From NCBI RefSeq assembly GCF_004010195.1, contig NC_057731.1, forward strand, positions 43,678,623 to 43,742,622: 64,000 nucleotides of DNA. Reading direction: 5' to 3'. The position numbers and the translations under genes are program-made. Below, one piece after another: positions 57,201-64,000 of this stretch. This DNA is from Chiloscyllium plagiosum (Eukaryota). The first letter of the stretch is position 1. Each line of letters begins with the position of its first letter. A model generated the notes under the pieces. It saw only the letters and a list, made by a program, of their open reading frames with translations, was not told where the DNA came from and did not search any database.

Positions 57201-60140
57201 TTGATAAGGGTGCCCTATCCGTCGGGTCACGGTGAAAGGCGACAGGGCCACTGCAACACAAGCAGACGGGGCAGAGTTAGTGACTGAACAATTCCAGGCA
57301 CAGGGACCGGGTGGAGGTATATTGCTGTCTCCCTCTCTCTCTCACACACACGCACTCCACCCTGGAGTTGGCCTGACAGGCGAATTGACACACTAACATC
57401 CGCTAAAAATCACTGCTCCACACAAACCACACTCTAATCTCAAAAATAGAACTGCGGATGCTAGAAATCTGCTACAAAAACTGAAATTGCTGGAGAAGCT
57501 CAGCAGGTCTGACAGCATCTGAAAAAAAAACCAGTTAAGATTTCGAGTGAGTTTTCGTTCCGAAGACGGGTCACTGGACTCAAGACGGTAACTGCACTTT
57601 CTCACTCCCACAGTCGCTGAAGTTCTCCAGCGATTTCTGTTTTTCTGTTGTTACAAAATGCACTCTCCACGGAAGCCTGCGAATTTGATCTTTACATCAA
57701 GCGAACCGACCCCGGGACAAACTCCCAGTCCCCATCCTGACTGCACTCATTAATCCGCAGCGTTTCGATAATTCTCTGAGAGTTTTCCGGGTGAGCGCTG
57801 CTTTCTGGCTCCATGTGCTGGCGGTGGACGGGACCGTTGGTGTTTATTGGGGTTTGCCCGGCCCGAGTTATCTGAATCCGGCGCCGATTTGCATGAAATA
57901 TCGCGCCTCGGAAATGCTTGAAGGTAGAAATAGTGAGGCGTTTGGGGCAGGCAATGATGGGGAAAATCTAGGGGATACTGACAGAGACGCAGAGTAACAG
58001 GCATCTGGGGAGGTGGGGGAGTGTGGGAGAGTTAGAAACAGAAAATATCAAAATATATAAGAAAACTGAGAGGAGGGGGAATGAAATAGAAAATTGAAAG
58101 AATTCGATAAAAGAGAGAGATAGAAAAAAGGCAAGTTGATAAAATGTTGTAGAATTCGATTTTAAAAATTGGGAATATTTGGTCATTTAAATGTCTGAAA
58201 TAAAATTCATGTTGTCTCTGGCTGTACTGCCCAGGTAAATGGGGATACATTTATCTAATGCACATCCCGGCTGCAAACTCTCCACTCTAAGTGATTGTTG
58301 GTCACCTATTTTTACTGTCTGATGGTGTGAAGGGGGCTTCTGAGGGGTGGGCAGGGCGGCTGAAGTCTAGGGGGCTCAAAGCCCCGGGCAAAACCGGCGA
58401 GGATGCCCGAAAATTTGGAATCTTTGAGAAGAACTGAATTAGGAAGGTCAGGGCTTCCAGAAACGGGTTTTATTTTCGCCGCTGAAAGAAGCCGAGAGGA
58501 TGTTTGGATTTAAATGGAAGTTTTCAGAGGAAGCCGAGCCTATCGAACAGTCTCTGAGCTCTTTTACTGTGATATTGGGACTTCTCCGGGATTCAAATGT
58601 CCCGTGATTTCACTACGGTATGCTTTAAAATCTAAACGGATTGTAAAAAAAGTTTTAAAATATTCTTTTCAAATTTTATCTAGATATGTAAACATATAAA
58701 AATGCTTCTTTTTAAAAAAAAACAGTTGAAATACATTAATTGTCTCAACGAATTGCCAGAAACCAGTGTTATAATCACTCAGTTAAAAATTAAAATGTGG
58801 ATAAGTTTGAGGATATTATGAAAAGAATTGAAATGAAATCCACCTACCTAATATTAAAATGACAAGTCATCTATATATATAGTACATGAGAATAATCTGG
58901 TTCATGTTTCCACCTCACACAAACACTTGGTTTAATTTATAAATAAACCCAAGTTATTTTGAAATGATAATATAATTATTAATGCAGCCTCAAAACCTTT
59001 TTTTTGTGGTTGTTGGAGGTAAATACCGTCCGTGTGTTTGCTGAGTAAATTTCAGGCATTAGTAACCGGCAGAGCCGGCTTGAGCAATTGTAAATAGAAG
59101 CAGAGTTGGGGATACTGAGCTTAAACAGTGTTAGAGAACATTATTCGTTTGGATTTAAATTCATACACTGTTTGGGGGGGGGGGGGGGGATATCGCGACT
59201 GCTGAATGCGGATCGTTTAGAACCAAGCTGTTTAATTCAGACTTTTGAAAACATCGAGGGGGCGGCGAGAGAAAGGAATATTCTCCAGCCAGTTAGAGAA
59301 AGATTCGGCCGACCCGTCCGTTCTGCTGTTTACATTCAATTCTCATTAGTTTCGTTTTTAAAAAGCAGGCTGTTTATAATAGCAGGTTGACTGCTTCTTC
59401 ATCAATCAGGCCAGTTACAGACTTCTGAAAATTGCTTAAATATCAGGAAGATGTTTATTAATGGACAAAATCTGCTGTGATCCGCACATTATTAATATCA
59501 AGTGGTGAATACATTGCGAAGTTAAAGAGACACGATCAGACCCGGTTTACATCCCCGGATAAAGCACCAAACGGTTCTCGCTAGTTTCCAAAGCATTTGG
59601 ACTTACAGAGAATGAAGGAAACGCAGGGAGGGGAGAATGAGAGGCCGGTTATAGCTCGGGGTGAGTTTCTCCCTCTCCTTTACCTGTGAATCTATCCTTG
59701 GTGTACCTTCTGTTACTTTCCATCCAGGGGAATGTCAGGTTTGTCAGGTTGTTGTTGGAGCTGGGGGCGGTCGTCACTCCAGTGGACAGGGGTTGGTGCA
59801 CCCCAGTGCTGACGGGCCGATGGGCCGGCACCCTGATGACTCCCGCCGGGTTTAAACTGCTGTTGTTCATGCCCAGGTTAACCCCGTACGGGCCCGTCAG
59901 TGGCGCCAAGCTGCACGCGTTATTATAGCCGCCTCCGCTGCCGTTGCTGTTGTAATTCACGGTGTAATTCATGTTGCTGTAATTCCCACTCACCATACAG
60001 CCCAGGCTATAGTCCATATCCTGCAGCCGGGAATTCGGGATCATGCAGCTCCCTTGATCCGGATTGTTCAAGATCTGGTCTATTCCGAAACTGATAGGTT
60101 CGTGTTGGGGGTGTGCAACTTGCCCCCCTATATGTTCCAT
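45015..60140 (-). CDS. TLX1: T-cell leukemia homeobox 1 (HOX11), 3 exons, 305 aa
   Basis: Exons 60140-59684, 57250-57013 and 45237-45015 (918 nt, GT-AG, phases 1 and 2). Contains eh1 motif [15 protein letters not shown] hexapeptide, a Thr47 homeodomain (VKTWFQN), and TLX1-type [22 protein letters not shown] and [10 protein letters not shown]. Confidence 0.96.
45345..45714. repeat. 185-bp tandem duplication (2 copies, 4 mismatches)
   Basis: Units 45345-45529 and 45530-45714. Confidence 0.95.
46080..46290 (+). mobile_element. PLE-derived terminal-repeat fragment with a mutated hammerhead (GAAA to TAAA), nested in a CR1 fragment
   Basis: Same family as 1953-2350. Confidence 0.6.
47420..48595 (+). 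mobile_element. CR1-clade LINE fragment
   Basis: Degenerate RT/ORF2 and a 3' tail (CTTATGGTCT)n. Confidence 0.75.
49000..49258. mobile_element. PLE-derived inverted-arm insertion containing a 70-bp copy of 47510-47579
   Basis: 14-bp TSD ACAGAAACCAAAAA at 48986-48999 and 49259-49272. Confidence 0.8.
50320..50950. repeat. CA-rich low-complexity tract
   Basis: CACAGACACAC-type units. Confidence 0.7.
53105..53391 (+). mobile_element. HE1-type SINE (diverged)
   Basis: V-domain and tail match. Confidence 0.7.
54890..55243 (+). mobile_element. HER1/CR1 LINE 3' fragment
   Basis: Same family as 11917-12290. Confidence 0.8.
56677..56966 (+). mobile_element. HE1-type SINE ending about 45 bp from the TLX1 exon 2 donor
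   Basis: Head, V-domain and TCTAATCT tail. Confidence 0.85.
57013..57250 (-). CDS. TLX1: TLX1 exon 2 (homeodomain)
   Basis: [80 protein letters not shown]; gcag| and |GTAGGT junctions. Confidence 0.97.
59684..60140 (-). CDS. TLX1: TLX1 exon 1 ([24 protein letters not shown]...[18 protein letters not shown])
   Basis: eh1 and hexapeptide motifs; donor G|GTAAAG. Confidence 0.96.
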
Positions 60141-60349
60141 TTTGTGGTCTGGGGTGGGGAAGGGGGGGAAGAGGGTGCGTGAGGGTAAGAAACAATAATT
60201 GCCCGGTGTTTCCAACTCGCAAATCGAGGTTCCTCCTCCCCAATCTCCAGGAATAAAAAAAAACAACCCTGGAATTCTCAGGCTCCTTCCCGTGGAGCCG
60301 AGGCCTGGCTGCTGTAATTTGCAGGAGGTTTTCCGAATGAGACTGAAGA

Positions 60350-60720
60350 CCAAAGCATCAATCATTACGCAGCAACAACTCCCAGACAGAAGGCATCGTG
60401 CATTGGAGGGAGGGCCTGTTCTTTATTGGCTGGGACCTGAGTGACATTAAAAAAAAAGAGGGGGTTTGGGGGGGGGGGGGGGGGGGGAGGAAGGAAGGGG
60501 AGGGGACGAGGAGTTTACCAGGAGAGCAAAGAGATGGCGAGTCCTACCCTAATAAAGTCAACTCACAAATTCATGCAAAAAAAAAAGCCCTTGGAATACT
60601 CAACTTATTGATTGGAATATCATCAAGAGCTCTTTCTCAATAAGCAATGAGAAGTGGGTCATATTTGACCATATTCTCTGAGGGGAAAGCCCGCCAGGCA
60701 ATATAATTCACAATTTGCAA
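60350..60720 (-). promoter_or_regulatory. TLX1 proximal promoter
   Basis: On -: TGATTGAT (PBX-type) at 60364-60357 and CCAAT boxes at 60429-60425 and 60615-60611; long G tract on +. Confidence 0.5.
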
Positions 60721-61939
60721 CTCGCTCCCGCCCTCAATCTCTTCTTTAGAAATCTGACCATCGAGTTCCCTCCTGTTGACATCCAAAGTTTATTTTTTCG
60801 CTTATTTTTTCTCTTTTCGTGTATACGAACTTCAAAAGAAAAACCCCAAGTAAAATGGTTATAAAACCATCTGATTGTACAATGATTGTGTATTATGCGT
60901 GTGGGTCTACATGTCTCTGTGCAGCGACAGAGTGAACGTGTTTCAGATTTGAAAGTACTCAGTGTAGTGAATTTGAAAACGGCTACACAATGTCGAACAA
61001 CTGACTATAGAGTGAGATTGGGACAACTGCTGGCCTGACAGAGGGAATAAACTCACAGAAACGCTCCACAAAACAAAAAACATAACACTTCAAAATCATT
61101 CAATCAACCAGGAAAACGACTGGACGAAAATCTTCAACATAAATTCATAAAATATCATTTATTACCCTACGTTAAACCTCTCGCTAGTTCAACGTGTTTA
61201 ATTAGAATATTCAGCTTAAAATAGAATTTGTTAGAAACTTGTTAGAAAGCGTTGAATAAAAATCGAAACATTGTAAAAGTGAACGATTCCACATTTAAAC
61301 AAATGGATGGTGGGTTCGCTTTTTTTCATCTGGAATAGGAACCGGGAACGTGTTTTATATTTTGATCGAACCTTTTAACACTCGATCTTTCCCGATTTAA
61401 CATTCGGGCAGAAAGTGGAGTTTAAATTAAATGATGAAATGTAACGAAAGAGAGGTTTCAGTGTATTCAAACAAATTCCCGCGGGTTTTTTTTTTAAATA
61501 TTGTCTTCATGGGGAATGAGCCTGGGGTGTTACACTCACAATGTTCCTTCGGGTGAGATTCACACACTCCCTCTGTCCCTCTATTCCTCTCTGTTCTGTG
61601 TTCACCTGGCTCGGGTTCTGACACTGACCTGACCACTGTCAAACCCCAGAGAACGGAATTCATTTTTCAAACACACAAAGAAATAGTTTGGCAGGTCCTA
61701 TGTTTTCGGGTCAGCCCAGTGATCAGTTTCACTGCCACGTATAGGAAGAAATTCCAGGATTCGGACCCCAGCAACCCCACTGTACCTAATTCTCCACCTG
61801 CAACACCATGCCCTCATTCACACATTCTTACATTCCCTCTCTCACACAAATCCCGCTCTCTCTTACATTCTCTCTCACATCCCCCTTCTCCCTCTCTTCC
61901 ATTCCCCTTTTTCATATTCCTCCCCCCAAATTCCCCCCC

Positions 61940-62823
61940 NNNNNNNNNNNNNNNNNNNNNNNNNNNNNNNNNNNNNNNNNNNNNNNNNNNNNNNNNNNNN
62001 NNNNNNNNNNNNNNNNNNNNNNNNNNNNNNNNNNNNNNNNNNNNNNNNNNNNNNNNNNNNNNNNNNNNNNNNNNNNNNNNNNNNNNNNNNNNNNNNNNNN
62101 NNNNNNNNNNNNNNNNNNNNNNNNNNNNNNNNNNNNNNNNNNNNNNNNNNNNNNNNNNNNNNNNNNNNNNNNNNNNNNNNNNNNNNNNNNNNNNNNNNNN
62201 NNNNNNNNNNNNNNNNNNNNNNNNNNNNNNNNNNNNNNNNNNNNNNNNNNNNNNNNNNNNNNNNNNNNNNNNNNNNNNNNNNNNNNNNNNNNNNNNNNNN
62301 NNNNNNNNNNNNNNNNNNNNNNNNNNNNNNNNNNNNNNNNNNNNNNNNNNNNNNNNNNNNNNNNNNNNNNNNNNNNNNNNNNNNNNNNNNNNNNNNNNNN
62401 NNNNNNNNNNNNNNNNNNNNNNNNNNNNNNNNNNNNNNNNNNNNNNNNNNNNNNNNNNNNNNNNNNNNNNNNNNNNNNNNNNNNNNNNNNNNNNNNNNNN
62501 NNNNNNNNNNNNNNNNNNNNNNNNNNNNNNNNNNNNNNNNNNNNNNNNNNNNNNNNNNNNNNNNNNNNNNNNNNNNNNNNNNNNNNNNNNNNNNNNNNNN
62601 NNNNNNNNNNNNNNNNNNNNNNNNNNNNNNNNNNNNNNNNNNNNNNNNNNNNNNNNNNNNNNNNNNNNNNNNNNNNNNNNNNNNNNNNNNNNNNNNNNNN
62701 NNNNNNNNNNNNNNNNNNNNNNNNNNNNNNNNNNNNNNNNNNNNNNNNNNNNNNNNNNNNNNNNNNNNNNNNNNNNNNNNNNNNNNNNNNNNNNNNNNNN
62801 NNNNNNNNNNNNNNNNNNNNNNN
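61940..62823. other. Assembly gap flanked by C/T/CA-rich simple repeats
   Basis: N run. Confidence 0.99.
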
Positions 62824-63679
62824 TCTCACAACCCCCCCTCTCTCTCACACTCCCCCTCTATCTCACACTCCCCCTCTAACACACACTCCCCCTCTCTCTC
62901 ACACTCCCCCTCACACAGACTCCCCCTCTTACACACATACTCCCCCTCTCACACACACTCCCCCTCTCTCTCACACTCCCCCTCTCACACACACTCCCTC
63001 TCTCACACACGCACACATTCGGCCAGGCACATATGATTGAACATTTGAGCGGAGAATCTGGAAGTTGCTGCAGAAAGAGCGGGTGTGACTGATCGTGGAG
63101 AAGCCGGGCAAGGTACAGCGGGACTTGGGGCAGTTCCTGTGGTCAGCCCGAATACGGTGAGCCTGTGCTATCAGAGCTGCACTGGCTGCACAGAACACAC
63201 TGCAGGTTAGGAAACTGGGAAACTGCAGACATTTGGAGGGATTTAATGCGTTGATTTAAAGGAAAATGTTACAGAAAGCCTCAAGCCAGAAAGCCTCAAG
63301 CCATTTGATATTAGCAAGGCTCCTGAAACTAATTCCAGACGACAGGTACACCCCCGTCAACATCAGTGCCCAGCCCAGTTAAAGTCTGTATGTGATGAAA
63401 ATTTTGATTCCTCATTGCATCAGATCCAAGGTCGCCCACTCCGGGAGTGCCAATGATCGCCTGCTCGCTGCCCACTTTAACTAATCATGGTCAACCATTT
63501 GGAAGCAACTAGCTGTTCCTCAATGGAAATGTACAATATTTTCCAACCTTGTTCAGCTCAGACACTAACAGGGTCTTTCGCTCAAATAGAATACAACAGC
63601 CGCTGAAATCCATATACAGTAATATGCAAACTCTGACACTGATCGCATACATATTACGATACGCATCTGGGGAGGTGTT

Positions 63680-64000
63680 CCTCAGGGCTGCTTCATCAAT
63701 GACCTTCCCACCAACAAAAGGTCAGATGCGAGGATGTTCACCGATGACTGCATTATGTTCCGGGCCATTCCCAGCTTCTCAGATACTGAAACAGTCTGTT
63801 TTCAAATGCAGCAAGATCTGGTCAACATCCAAGTTTGGGTTGATAAGTGACAAGTTACATTTGCAGGCAATGACCATCTCCAACAAGAGACAATCTAACC
63901 ACTGCCCCTTGACATTCACTGGCATTACCATAACTGAATCCTCCACTATCAACACCTTGCGGGTTATCATTGACCAGTAACTGAATTGGACTGGCCATTT
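63680..64000 (+). mobile_element. Decayed LINE RT fragment (family of 37190-38680)
   Basis: TTCATCAATGACCTTCC...CCCCTTGACATTCACTGGCATTACCA matches the other copies. Confidence 0.65.

Noticed and set aside
61719-63040. Long ORFs of 305-410 aa
   Set aside because: Artefacts of the N gap and simple repeats.

Overview
Vertebrate genomic DNA, very likely a shark: HE1-type V-SINEs with (TCTAA)n tails, HER1/CR1 LINEs and elasmobranch-type minisatellites are abundant. Two complete genes were reconstructed by hand with GT-AG junctions and continuous phase. (1) A pancreatic lipase-family gene on + has 12 coding exons at 6185-26343 (470 aa), an intact Ser-Asp-His triad, a full 23-residue lid and a C-terminal PLAT domain; a probable upstream exon and an acinar-type promoter lie at about 4.5-4.7 kb. 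(2) The homeobox gene TLX1 on - has 3 exons at 60140-45015 (305 aa) and is convergent with the lipase. The first coding exon of an unidentified third gene runs off the left edge on -. The rest is mostly repeats. Top observations: Tx1-clade LINE fragments repeatedly inserted at one motif in both LTRs of a decayed Gypsy element; Penelope-derived short elements carrying minimal hammerhead ribozyme motifs, one of which captured 70 bp from 1.6 kb away; a PTF1/FoxA/NR5A2-type module upstream of the lipase; a lipase with Val178 (PLRP1-like) but Pro180 (PNLIP-like); and an in-frame alternative TLX1 acceptor. Coordinates were read manually, so repeat boundaries are approximate, and family names were not confirmed by database search.
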